Source: Microbotryum violaceum (taxonomy: Eukaryota). Taken from it: a stretch of DNA of 64,000 nucleotides. The position numbers were made by a program, and so were the translations under genes. This document shows positions 25,785 through 38,238 of the stretch, in pieces. Location: positions 868,001 through 932,000 of the forward strand of contig CDLV01000008.1 in assembly GCA_001244265.2 (NCBI GenBank). The letters are read 5' to 3'. The notes below the pieces were generated by a model. The model saw only the letters and a program-made list of their open reading frames with translations, did not search any database and was not told the DNA's origin. The stretch's first letter is position 1. The number at the start of each line of letters is the position of its first letter.

Positions 25785-28700
25785 TCACGCTTTCCGCTTC
25801 CGAATGACGCCGTTTGCTGGGAGTAACAACAGCGGAAGGGCTACTCTCTTGAGGAACCGCAGAGTGCTTGCATTTTTTGGTAGGTGTTCGAGATCGCGCG
25901 TGGCGAATACTGGCGAAAATGAAGGAAAGGCGAGTGTTGGTCGGTTCAGGGGCGAATCGGATTGGTCCGATGCAAGACGAGTTCGTGCTGTCGACATGCT
26001 GTTTCCTTGTACAGATCCCACGTGTGACAAACCGCCAGGTTGTGGGTGCTGGATAATGACTGTGTCAGCAGAGGACGAAACATTCCTTGCAAGTCTCGAC
26101 CCCTCGAAGGTTACGGATCTCGTAGACACACGGGTGGAAACTAGAGCGGCGCAGACACAAAGAGAGGAAGGATCATTGAGTGACAATCGGGAATCAAGGG
26201 CACGAGCAAAGCCAAGAAGTTGCTTTTTCTGTCCTGGAACTTACTGTGATGTTGTGAGACTTCTTCCGCGTCGTCACTGCTGTAGCCTGCGCACGAAACA
26301 ATGGCCGGGTGATGAGATCAGGGGTGAGTCATTCCGAAACAACAAGGGACATGAGGAGGAGAAGAGCAGAGCTCCATAGGACAATAGAGCATGCAGGAGC
26401 TTCAATATCCTATTCGAACTCACCGACATGATCTCCAGGCTGTGTATTGCCATGAGGCTTCCTGCTATCCATCGCGTTGTCTGGATCACGAGTAGCACAC
26501 GAGACGGTTGGAGACTCCGGCGAGCCCGAAAACCAAGACGAGCTCATGTCGCATCGTAGACGAGAGTGCAGGGTGACATCCAACATATAGTCTCGAAGCT
26601 CCGAATAAAATCTTCCCGGCTCAACCTGTGGGCCCCAGCTCCAATCGGGTTCCATTTTGGCGACTGCTGCGCATACCAGGGTTTCCATCGCTCGGCACAC
26701 GAACGCCCCACACGCGTTGCCATCAGTCTGTTGAGGATATCTATCCGGTTGAGGCTGATCGCCGGCCTTCGCCGCTTTGACAATCAATCGCTTCCAATTT
26801 CTGTACGGGACCGTCGGTCGATCGATGCCTCCAGTGATGCGCTCTATCGGTTCCTCTGCACGAGTTTCCAAGAAAGTGATGATTGACTGGCAGGCAGAAA
26901 GGGCGAATGACGTCAGCAGCTGCGCAGAGTTTGAGCGCCTTTGAAAGTGCTTTGTGATGGTCATGGGGATGAACTCACATCGAGACTTTCGTTTGCCTCC
27001 TTGCGCATGTTCTCCCTGCCAAAAAGAGAGTCGTACACCCGAAATGTACAATCCGAAAGGCGTGCCTCGACAAGTATCCAATGATTGGTGACATGAGTTG
27101 GGAAGAGTAGAACTGGTGTTCGAGAAAGGATAATCTGGTAAAGGGGCAGCGCAAACAAAGAGGCAGGCCTCCTGTCAATAATGATAGAAAGATATGCTCG
27201 CGAACTCCCATCCGAACTCACCCCCTGCTGCCGCTCGGTTGGTCGAGTGCCTCCAATTCCCTTGGCGCATTTTCCTCCCTCGAGATAGAATGCGTAGCAT
27301 GTTGTTTCAAGGTCATGAACCTCTTCTGACCGACCATTGAAAAACAATTGGCCTTGGAACCGATTAATAGCGCTGCTGAAAGCATCGATGTGCGAAGCCC
27401 TCAACCACAAATTGGCGTTGGCCATCTCGCGCAAGGAGCTCAAGTTCAGACCTGGTGCGTGGTCGCCGGCGTGAATGTCCAGGAATACGTCCCAATCAAC
27501 CTTCTGAACCTCGTTGGGAATGCGCTCGATAATGTCCTTAACGGCGGAAACATTGCTTCGGCGCTCCTCCGGCTGAACTGTATCGTAGATGTCGAGTGGA
27601 AGACGTCCTTCTTGTAACGGCGCGAGCTGGCATGGTGGCCTCTCGTCGTCGCTCAGTTCTTCGATGTCTATGACCTCGGAAATGGCCGCCATTCGCTTGG
27701 CAGCCGCGTAATCTTTGGTCGAGGATAAGCTGTTGGAAAATTTCGTCTCACGTGGGCGTCCACGGGTCTTCCCAAACTGAGTGGTTCCGTTCTCAAAGAT
27801 GGTGTGTTTGGAAGTTTTTGGACGAAGTTGATCAGGATTGAGCTTGTCGCGTATCAAACGTCTAATTGCTGCCGTTGCTTTGCCATCGACTCTCCCCGAG
27901 TGCTCGAGCGTGACCCCTGAATTTGACTCCGATTTTGAGAGTTTCGGTTTGGCTGTCTTCTTGCTACGATGGGGTTGCAATGGCCGATTCCTGGCTGATC
28001 TGCCTGTGTGACAGAACAAGACCAGATTGGAAGGGAAGTCTCCGTTCCGGCAAGGCGTTCAGACATTGCTCACCTTTGACAGTTGAGCAAATTGGCTGAA
28101 ATTCAGCAACATCGGCTATATCGGCAGCGCGTTGGTCCTCGTCCTCGGCGTCCGAATCCACCTCGTCGCGTTCGTCGAGTTCGTCCTCTGACAAGGGCTC
28201 GTCTGGCTCGTTGTCTTCCTCCAAAGCCGATCGCATTTTAAAGTCCAATACTTTGTCGACCAAGGCTTCGACGGAGGCGTCGTGGAGCTTGCTTGATTTT
28301 GTTCCGTCCCGCATGTCCGACATTGCTTTTGCCGCTGCTGCTGCTGCCATGATGCGGTCTGCAAGAGAAATCCCACACCAATTGTCAGATTGTAGGCTTG
28401 TGAAGCCGCTACGATGGTGATCAAAGCTTTCGGACGCACTCATCGCTGTGTGGTAGTCGCCATTGTGAACCAGCAGATCGCACGCCCAAAGATGAGCGCA
28501 TTTATTTCTTGTTTGCTTGAATGCGCGACAAGGACAATAAGGCGCGCGAGTATCGAGAGTGATTGATGAATCCATGGATCTGAGTTTGAAATCAGAAGCA
28601 TTCTCGCGTCAGTAAGGGTTTGGTAGCCAAGGCACTGGTAGCCGTAAAACCTCACCGTAAACTAAGCACCCACTGGCCCTCCTTTTCGGTAGGGCGGAAC

Positions 28701-31700
28701 TGTCCAAGCTCCCAGATGTCCATCGAATTTACCAGAGTATCTCGAAGAATATGATCCGGTTTTGCATCCGATACGTCCTTCCAAATGTCATAAACTAGAG
28801 CATTGTCTAGTAAGACCACAACGAGATTGTCGATCCTAGCAGGTGCAGAGCGCAAGCAGAATTGTCAGCTCTTCCGTCGAGATTCGCTCCTTGAGTCCGG
28901 TGCTACGCAATACCTCTTGTTGGCTCGGCCGTGGAGATGCTCTTGCTGGATGGTCTTGAAGGCTCGTTCAGTCACGTTGTTGGTGTTGATGGTTTCCCGT
29001 GAAACGCCAAGGGGTAAACCATCATCTGTGTATGTTTCTTCAGAATTGTGGAAATGCGTGAGCCAAAAAAACTGTGAGAGAACACGTAAAGAAGGAATAA
29101 GTAAGACTCACCGATCCACTCTTGTACGAACCAGTTGACATTGAAATACGCCCGAAAGTTATCCTTCTTTGCTTGTAATTGTTCTTCTTCTCGGCTGTTG
29201 CAACCCAGTTCCGACTTCTTGGTGACGTCTGATTTGTTTGCTGCTGGCTTGCGACGACTTCGGAACTCTTTGTCGAGCCATGCGTCCGATTTTTCAAAGA
29301 ACGCCCGCTTCTTCTCTTCGAATTCAGCCGAGCGCCGAGCTGTCGCCTCGGCATCTGTTTCATGCTCGGTGCGTATAAAACGAAAGCGCTGGATGATGGA
29401 TCGAAATTCGTACAAAATGTTGATCAACGTCTTGCGAGCAATCCGAGAAGGCTTGACGGTGTTGCCCCTTTCGCCGTCATTCCTGTCACTCGACCACCGA
29501 ATAATGGCCTGAACCACGTGGAATTGGCAAAGGCGTATGTGAAAGTTGAGGTTGTGCTTTTCTTTCCCTATAGTAACGTAGATGCAGAAGACAATGATCA
29601 TCAGGAATTCAAAATCGTGAGAGCAGTCTGCACATCTCATATAGTAGCCCTAGCAAGCAGCGGCGCTTACAGAGTGTCAAGGCGTTGAGCTCAGTCCGAC
29701 ATTTGTCGATCATGAAATTCGGTAGTTGCCACTGATTTTCCAAGATGAATTCGGCATTTTGGAGAAGATTTGGCAACCTGGGGGCAGAGCCGGGTAGGTT
29801 GGGCCCATTCTCACGAGCTTCTGAAGTACGCATGCAAATCGTCGACGGTACAGAAGGGCGTGAGCGACTCCTCCCAAAACTGTCGTGACGCGCAGCACAC
29901 CCTGGTCAACCCATCTTACAACGCAGTCCTTACAAGGATCGCGGCGCGCTCCTCGACCAGCCTCTTTACCGTGTCCAAGTAGATGACGAGAGTATCTGCC
30001 TTCACATCACTGGAGAGAAGCATAGGACCTGAAGAAGACAATACATAAGCGATGAAATGAGTCTTTGTACTCGTCCGGACCTTCCTTTCAAGTGCTTCCC
30101 GGGCTCTCACCTAGCGCAAGTTTGTCTTTCAAGCCAGTCGCGACGAGGGCGGTGAGGGGGGCGCGGTTCTCGTTCAGGTATCGCCAGCTTGAGTCAAGTC
30201 CAACAAACCGCGACCAATCGCCTGAATCGTTCCCAACTGTGGCGAAGGAAATCAACACGTCGATGGAGTGGAGGGAGGCAAGGACGCAGATCAACGGCTG
30301 CTTCGTTTTCTCATTAAAAGGTTGAAAGCTGACAAGGGTAAATACCTCCGCCGCTTGTTAGCTCATCAGCTCGGCAAGCAGCTTAGATCTTGATCACTCA
30401 CTAGGCCACTCCGCGTGTCTCGGGCTCCGTTGCATTTTGAAGGGTGAACGGTCTCAGCTCAGCCGTGCGAGCTAGCGAGTACAAGGAGGATCCATGCTGC
30501 GCGTTCTGTCGACCTTTTGCCCTGAACATATTGCGCAGCTGCTTTGCGTCGACTTTCCTGTACTGCGGGAGAATGATCTCGTTCTGTTTCTCCCAAACAC
30601 GACATCCGCTGGTTCATATCTGTAAAATGATCGAGTCCATCATCGAGAAAGGAACTAATGGTCAGTCTTGAGAAGTGAAAACTTCTTGTGCAAACTTGGA
30701 GCACACACTCACTTTGAAATGCAAGCGTGGGCGTGTTGGCCTGCCGAAAGACTTCCTGATGCGCCAACGCACGAATGAAAGGGGCTGGACGTCGGACGCT
30801 CGGCGGTGGTTGGCGTCCTTCCTGGTTGCCGAGGGTGTACACCAGCGCCGATGAAAGATCGTCGGCCTGAACGAGGATCTACACAAGGGACGAAGAAGGC
30901 AACAGAGAGTCTTATCAGCCACCCAACCCAAGCTCCTTTGATTTCCTATCCGGGATGATCACCTTGAGTTGAGTAGAGCATGTTTTCCCGGGTCCTTGTC
31001 ATTGTCTCGTTTCTTGTACACAAGTTTGCCATCCTTGACCCGAACTCTTTTACAGGCCCCGAGCAACGATGTGTAATCCGTAGAACCTCCGCAACAGGTC
31101 GACCTTCGCCGGGTTGACTCCAAGCTTCTCGAAGGGTGATAGGCACTTCCGGACGCCATTCGATCCCCACCGCCACCTCCGACGGATGTTGATGATCAGT
31201 AGACGAGGGCGCGTCACCGTAAGATCGCTCGACGACAGCGAGACAGCGTTCATATTTGCGTGGAGCCCAGTCATGCTTCTGTTAATAGATCGCACCAATG
31301 GAATTTAGGTCGTTCACAGGACGAAACAAAACGCAGCGCAGCATGCAGCTTCAACATACCTCTGTAGCCATAAACTTTGGGAGCTCCAGGACAGGAAGTT
31401 TGCGTACAAATTCCCATCCGGACCTCGGCTTGCGACAATTGAGAACAAGCGGCCTGAGACGGAGCTCGTTGTGCTCTGCAGTCGTGAGGATCATGTTTGA
31501 GAAAATTGCCTCGCGCGTCGTGTTCGATAACTCTTTGTCCTGTCGAGAGGGCTCGTACGTGTGCCGGTCAAGGATCTTGTCGTTCCGAGCCAGGAGTAGT
31601 GCCGAGAAGATGTTGTCAATTAATTTCTCGTCCGAATTGTCGTCGTCGACTCCGTAGTAACCCTCGTCTGCCGAATCCTCGTCGGAGTCTCTCGAACGGC

Positions 31701-31943
31701 TCTTTGGAGAGATTAAAAGCCCGAGACTGCGGAGGGGCTAGATATCGAGGACTTTGAGGGAACCGGGACCAAAGCTGCCAAGACTTGCAGACTGTCCTCA
31801 TCCTCATCCACTTCCGAGTCAACTTCCGATGCGTATCCCTCTGGGGAGCTTTGTTCCTGCAACGCGATGGGTGGTCGGTCCCCTTTGTTTTGGAGCAGTT
31901 GGCTCATTTCTCCTGTCGACATGATGAGTGCGACCGGCGCCAT
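25785..31943 (-). CDS. MULE transposase-SWIM-Ulp1 (peptidase C48) fusion, multi-exon; 5' exons show frameshifts in this copy; 3' end approximate
   Basis: D1 GLDSSWRYLNENRAPL (~30200), D2 FMIDKCRTELNAL (~29710), CxxH IRLCQFH (~29525), E TNNVTERAF (~28970), SWIM CPCRAFKQTRNKCAH (~28510), Ulp1 NHWIL...VYDSL and QQTDGNACG. Confidence 0.82.
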
Positions 31944-32813
31944 CTACCTTGAAGGTAAACCCCTCACTGGGCGTCGTTTGGGGTAGATGCACAGTATTTC
32001 CGCGCGACTAAGATAGGGAGGAGTGTTTACGTGAGGACTTTATGTGTAGTGAGAAAGAGAGAGTGGGGGAAAGACCAGTGAGCGTGTGAAGCTCTGAGGA
32101 AAGGAGCTGCTTTCAGGGGCATTCGTGAGTTTGCCGGTGTAGCCCGTCAAACGACGAGCGCCTGCGAGTTTTGGCGCGGCCCCAGGGCTTTCGCCGAATA
32201 TTTGAATTTTCTCGAATAAGGGTGCTAACGATTGCAGGCCTAAGGAACACTACAGCTCACCCATGTAGTGATTATGTCATTACCGCATAAGTATTCTAGT
32301 CAGCAAGAAAGAAAAAAAAAACGTTTGCTCCACCCTATGATATTTATTGCAAGCTACGCTTGCTGCCTCGTGACGATCGGCGTAAGGTTTAACCGCTGAC
32401 ACGGGCGCGGAGCGGCACAGCGGGGAAGAACCCCGATGTAGCAACTACTGCATTGTCCGCCTCGTCTCACCCGCCAGAAGTACTATAGACCTGTACATAC
32501 ATCATACTACATTCCCCAGAGTGATACATTACATATTGCAAGAGATACAGGCCTCTACACTATGTGGTACCAAAGTTCCTATGAACGTGGTACAAGAATG
32601 ACCTCGGATGTGATCCCAAAGTCCGCATCGATGTGATCCCAAAGTCCGCTCCGATGTGATCCCAAAGTCGCCTCCGATGTGGGACCAGAGTCGCCTCCGA
32701 TGTGGGACCAGAGTGCCTCCGACGTGGGACCAGAGTGCCTCCGACGTGGGCCCCAAAGCCGACCTTATGTGAGCCCAAAGTGACAAGCGAGTAGAGCGGT
32801 TATGTGTGCGTGC
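30060..32813 (-). repeat. Right inverted arm (long TIR)
   Basis: Reverse complement of 22630-25341. Confidence 0.95.
32557..32782 (-). repeat. Subterminal tandem array, ~10 units of 22-23 bp
   Basis: Same unit as the left array, inverted; outermost unit ends CCAAAGTG at 32782. Confidence 0.9.
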
Positions 32814-33237
32814 CGCCGAAATGGTCCGTGCGAGCGCACCGGCGTAGTGCCAGCATCATGCCATTCGATGAATATTCACCTGTCTACGCGTTTTCTTCTT
32901 CTTCCAGTCGAGTCAGGCAAAAGGGGCTTCACTGGACATGAATCGACTAGTAATTTCAAGGGGTGGGGTCCGAGCTCAAGACGCGAAATGTAATCAGTCA
33001 TCATGCGGGTAAGCGGACAACGCGCTTGCGATGACGATGAGATGCGCGAGCTCTCGCGAGCTCAACCGCCGGGAGCTCCTGGAACGTCGAGCCCACACGA
33101 CCGGCCGATTGCGCTCTTGCACCAGCGCCTTCGCCTTTCGCACCTGCACAGACAACCTCCCTCGACGTGGTACAAAGTGTCGATTGGCTCTACACGTCTC
33201 TCGCTTTTCGTCGAACCTGCACAGACGCTGCTAAGGC

Positions 33238-36200
33238 ATGCTGTCCCGACTGAGGCGGCGGTCCGCGTCGGGCACCACGCCCGAGCGCCAACAGATGTCG
33301 TCGTCGAATGGTGCTACGTCGTCGAATGGCACGGGCTCCGGCGCCTCACCGTTACTGGGACCGCCGCGCTACGAAGACGACGAAAGCCTTTACAGTCCAA
33401 CTTGGAACGAGGAACAGTCGATGTCGTCGAGCTCGTTGTCCTCGCCGACCACGTCATTACGACGACCGAAACACTTGAACGTCAGTCACCTCGGCGGCAC
33501 CGATCACTCGCCGAGCGGTGCTGCCAGCCCCGGCGCGCCCGGCGGCCCCCACTCGAGCACCACCAGCCCCGACAGCAGCTCGGCTTCGATGCTGGCGAGA
33601 TCCCCGTCCTCAGCCTCGTCGACGCGGGGCAAGTACTCGCTGCCGTCAGCCGGCCCATCGCCACCATCGCCGAACATGCCCCGTCGCAAGTCACGCAGTG
33701 GGTCCGTCTCGTCCTACGTCGAAGGAGGCAACCCATCGCCCGTCGCGTCCAGTTCGGCAGCGGCAGCGGCCTCTCAACAGGGTCGCTCGACCTCGCGCAC
33801 CTTTGTACCGGGCAAAACCAAGGGAGCGTCCAACCGATACTTCGTCGTCAACAAGACTACCGCCGTCGACGAGAGCCTCGCCAACTTCGGGTCCGGTAGT
33901 CTCTCCCTCGACCATTTGACCGGCGGCGCGTCAGACCCAGCCGCCCTCGCAACCGGCGGCGCGACCTGGGTCGCTCGAGCCCCCGAACTAATCAGCCTCG
34001 ACGTCGGAGCCAACCCTGGCGCGCCCGGCGATCCGTCCCGACTATCCCAATCGTCAAGCGAGGACAACATCAGGACACCCATGCCTGGCGATGGTCCGAC
34101 GAGTCAGCCCGATGCTTACTTTGGCGTCGCTGCACCCGTCGAACAGAGGCCCCAGTCGGTGCCGAGTTCGGCCACTGCCTCACCCGTCGTACTCTCCAAA
34201 GGCGGCGCTCCCTTCAACCTTGACAGGCTACTACCACTCCCTGCGAGTGGACACAGCTTCCTGCCTCCCGCCGAACGTGGTGGGAGGGCAAGATCCCACA
34301 CCACCTCCGAGGCACCCCCACCTTTCGCGAATCGGCCTTCGACCGGCATCGACACCAATCTCACCCACGGTTTACCTCTCCCGTCCCTCTCGGCTCGACC
34401 CAACATGGAGACAACACCGAGAAACTTTGTCATGGTGCCCAACCCCGTTCCCGCAGCCGATCAGGCGGCAGCCGCAATTGAGAAACGACCGACCAGTCGA
34501 AGTTCCTCCGTGACTTCGAGCGATACTTCCAGCCCTGCCCTGCTGCGACCGCCACTGCAATCTTCTCCCACCTCTTCGATCAAGTTGAAGCGACAAAAGT
34601 CGGCCCAGGGGATTGCAGGGGCTATTGCAGTTTCGGGGATGGCACTCGCTGCCACGGGGACAGGTTTCCGACAAGCGGGGTCGCTTTCTCGCACCTCAAC
34701 CCGCACCTCCTTCGAGGAAAGAGGTTCGGGCGCAGAATCGGACGGTGGCGTGTCGAATGGGGGTGGGGATCAGTATGCGAATGGCTTCAGTCTGGGCGAT
34801 TATGAGGATGCGATGACGAGCTTGGGCACGGGATATGCAGTGGCGAGTTCGAAGCGTAATGCCGAGTTCCACCAGCTCTTCAAGAATATACCCGATGACG
34901 ACTATTTGATCGAAGGTGAGTGCTGGGAAGGAACGAAACTCTTTTGCCTGACGAGGATGCTGACTTGTGCCCTCTTTGCAGACTACGGCTGTGCCCTCCA
35001 ACGCGAGATCTTGATCCAGGGTCGTCTCTACATCTCGGAACACCACATCTCCTTCAACGCCAACATATTCGGCTGGGTCACCTCGCACACCCTCCCGTTT
35101 GCCGAAATTGTAAGCATCGAAAAACGAACGACGGCGTACGTCATCCCGAACGCAATCCAGATCGTAACCCTGCACGCTCGACATACATTCGCTTCGTTCC
35201 TCTCCCGTGACTCGACCTATGATCTCATCTGCAACATCTGGCGTATGATCCATCCCGTAGTCCCTCCTTCGGCGGCCTTGCCCGATTCTGCGGATCGAGC
35301 GGGCTCCGTTCATCATGACTCCGACGAGGACGAGGTCGACGATGATGGATCACAACCTACCAAGAAGAGTGGCAAGCGAAGGCTAAGGGGATTGAGGAGA
35401 CGTGGAGGAACGAACGAAGAGAGGAAAGGTGATGCGGTCGCTTCGACGAACTCCGGTGTGACCTCGACGCACGTGAACGGATCAACCAGTCGGATGGTCA
35501 ACCCTTCTTCTTCGAGTCTGGGAGGACCTGGCGGACCTTCCAAACCGGCTGCGGTGTTGCATGCTGTGACGGCGGACAGGTGTCCTACGCACAAGGACTT
35601 GAAGGAGGTTTGCATGGACGTTGTGTTCCCGTCTGCGCCGGAGAAGATCTACAACCTCATGTTCACGAGCGGCTTCATGAGGACATTCTGGACGGAGAAC
35701 CAAAAGTTGATGGGTAAGAGAGAGTTTTACCCTGATGTCTGTCCAGTACGTCATTGACTCGCTGCTGTTCGCATCTTACGCAGACCTACATATCTCCGAT
35801 TGGGCCCCCGAAAAATCTGATTCGAACCTCCTCGCCCGCAACCTATCCTACATCAAACCCCTATCAGCCCCAATCGGTCCCAAGCAAACGAAATGCATGA
35901 TCCTCGACGAGACGGCGCACGTCGATTTCGATGATTACGTCTGCGTCATCACGACGACGAGGACGCCGGACGTGCCGAGTGGTGGATCTTTTGCGGTCAA
36001 GACGAGGACGAGCATGACGTGGGCGAGGAATAACTCGTGTAGGGTCGTTGTGACGACGGGCGTGGTGTGGACGGGTAGGAGTATGCTCAAAGGTACGTCT
36101 GGCTCCTCTACTCACTAATGAGGCCGTCAGGCGCAGTCTCTGACCCTCGACGATACCCTTTCTTTCTACGATAGGCATCATCGAGCGATCTTGCATCGAA

Positions 36201-36914
36201 GGTCAAAAAACGTATCACGTCGATCTAGAGAACGCAATGCGCGCCTACATCCAACTACACCGCTCCGAGTTCCTCGAAGAAGGCCAAGAACCCATCTCGT
36301 CCTTGGTGACGGAAAATGAAAACAACGACGCCCAGCGGATGGACCAAGATGAGAGTGACAAAGGCGACGACGCGAATGAAAAGATCGGCTCGGTTCATCG
36401 TCGGAAATCGAGGGCTGCTCCGATGGGTGGGGTTTGGGGCATCATTACCGATGCGTTCTCGGACTTGACTGGTGGAGGAGCACGATCATCTGGGGGCGGT
36501 CTCTCACCTACGCCGCTCATTCTCGCGTTAGTGATCCTCATTCTCGTCCTTTCGAACCTATGGACCCTCTCTAGTCGACCCCAATCGACGTCCCCCTCCC
36601 TTTCCCCCGGCTCCCGAAGAAGTTCCGCCCGTTCCTCCCCTTCAACAGGCCACGACCAAACCCCCGACCAAATCGCCGATGCCATACGTGACGTATTACG
36701 AGACTATCTCGCCTCTCTACCCAGTCGCGAATATGCCCCTAACGATGCGACGACTTTACCCGTGTCGGAGGAGGACTCGTCGAAGGAGGATGGTATCGAG
36801 GCTCCTTCGAAAACGGATAAGGCTTGTACGCCGAGGGAGACGGCGGATATTGGGCAGATATTGGATGGGTTGCAGGTGAGGTTAGATGAGATGAAGTTGA
36901 AGTTGAAGGGGTAG
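33238..36914 (+). CDS. GRAM-domain / VASt (StART-like) lipid transfer protein (Ysp2/Lam family)
   Basis: KRNAEFHQLFKNIPDDDYLIE|DYGCALQREILIQGRLYISEHH (GRAM), TPDVPSGGSF (VASt) and a C-terminal TM LILALVILILVLSNLW. Confidence 0.9.
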
Positions 36915-37373
36915 GTCGAGGGGAAGTTCTCGTGTTTTTTTATTTACGGATCGGCGGAGTAATGGTCGCGCAGCAGTGTTTCTCTTAAGTTCGCATCCTC
37001 TATTCTATATCCCCACGTTTTACGACTCTTAAAAAGCATTCCTCTGAATTGATCCGTTTCTTCGTCGAGGGAGTCCTCACCGCAGACTGCTGTGTTTGGC
37101 TCTGGGAGGGCTTTTCGAGATGACTCATGAAATTTGTCAAGCGCACTTTGTAGAAGGATGTTTCGCGCAGCCTGAAGAAGAGCACACTCGTCGACCAGAG
37201 GAAGCCCCCAAAGTCTGAGGCATACTTGGATCGCAGAACGCTGAAGCGATTAGCCAAAGAACAAGGTATGATTACACTACATACACACTGGTCGGGGGGA
37301 CCTATGAAAAGATTGCGTAGACAGAGCGAAAAGTACGGGTTCGCCCAATGGTAAGAGTAGGTTTCGTCCGGGT

Positions 37374-37968
37374 CTAAAGCGGCTTGGCGGGGAGTTGGGT
37401 GAGGAGACTGTGGGAGGACGAGATGGGATCGGTCAGAGTCATTCTTGGAGGCGGAATGTAAAGAGAAGACATGGCTTACATTCCGACTGTGGTTGTCACG
37501 ACGCCAGGCCAAGAGGAGAGGGGAAACGACAGGAAGAGAATCGTCAGTTACGGTCTCTCATGCACATCGATCACGGCCATGCCGGCTCAAAAACTGACAG
37601 CGCCTCTTGATCGTAACGCGATGCCTCGAGAACTTGTCGTCGGGCGAGAAACGGGCTGTAGGGGGTGTGGGAAGGCATCATTGTCAGCGCCCGTTCCAGG
37701 ACGGAAGCTGGGCCCGATCCGATTAATCGTTCGGGGAGACGTACCAGGGTGAGCGGACTTTGTCATCTTGCCATCTGCTGTTGTCTTTTTCAGCGAGTAG
37801 AGCCGTGTGCCATCGGCGTTGAGCGAGTACATGAGATGCACTGCAGAGAGGGGCGAGGGCGACAACGCGCAGAGGCCGGGCAAGGGAGGGGAGCGTCAGC
37901 GAGAGCAAGAGCGAGCACTTCCCCTAAAGCAGACAGAGTGTTCGAACTGGGTTTATGCAGTACTCACT
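37374..37968 (-). CDS. NOP10: H/ACA snoRNP subunit Nop10
   Basis: Spliced: [64 protein letters not shown]. Confidence 0.92.
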
Positions 37969-38238
37969 GGCTGATGTAGGTCAAGACGACTAGAGGTGGG
38001 ACGGGAGGCGTAAGCAGCGGCAAAGAGCCCCCCGACCGCGGCGGAGGCTGGCCGCGCGCCGCATTGCGAAGATGACTCCGCGCTGGCGGGATTTTTGAGC
38101 TCGGACCTCTTGAGGCGGGCAATGCGCATTACTAATCTGCTATTCGCTGCTCACCAACGTTGGAGTGAGCCCCTCCCTGTCCCCTTCTCTCACACATACC
38201 CACCAGACTCGTTCCTGTGCTCTCCCCAAGTTAACGAT

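Larger units (their letters stand above)
22630..32813. mobile_element. Mutator-like (MULE) DNA transposon, ~10.2 kb, with ~2.7-kb inverted arms
   Basis: Flanking direct repeat (C)CGCCGAAAT at 22620/1-22629 and 32813/4-32822 has the Mutator-type TSD length. Near-identical inverted arms; internal MULE DDE transposase. Confidence 0.88.

Noticed and set aside
22661..32782. CACTA/EnSpm element because both arrays start with CACT
   Set aside because: No 2-3 bp TSD at those positions (GGG versus ACA). The transposase motifs and the 9-10 bp TSD further out indicate Mutator.
37000..37512. 170-aa minus-strand ORF
   Set aside because: Overlaps NOP10 introns and 3' region and has no recognisable motifs.
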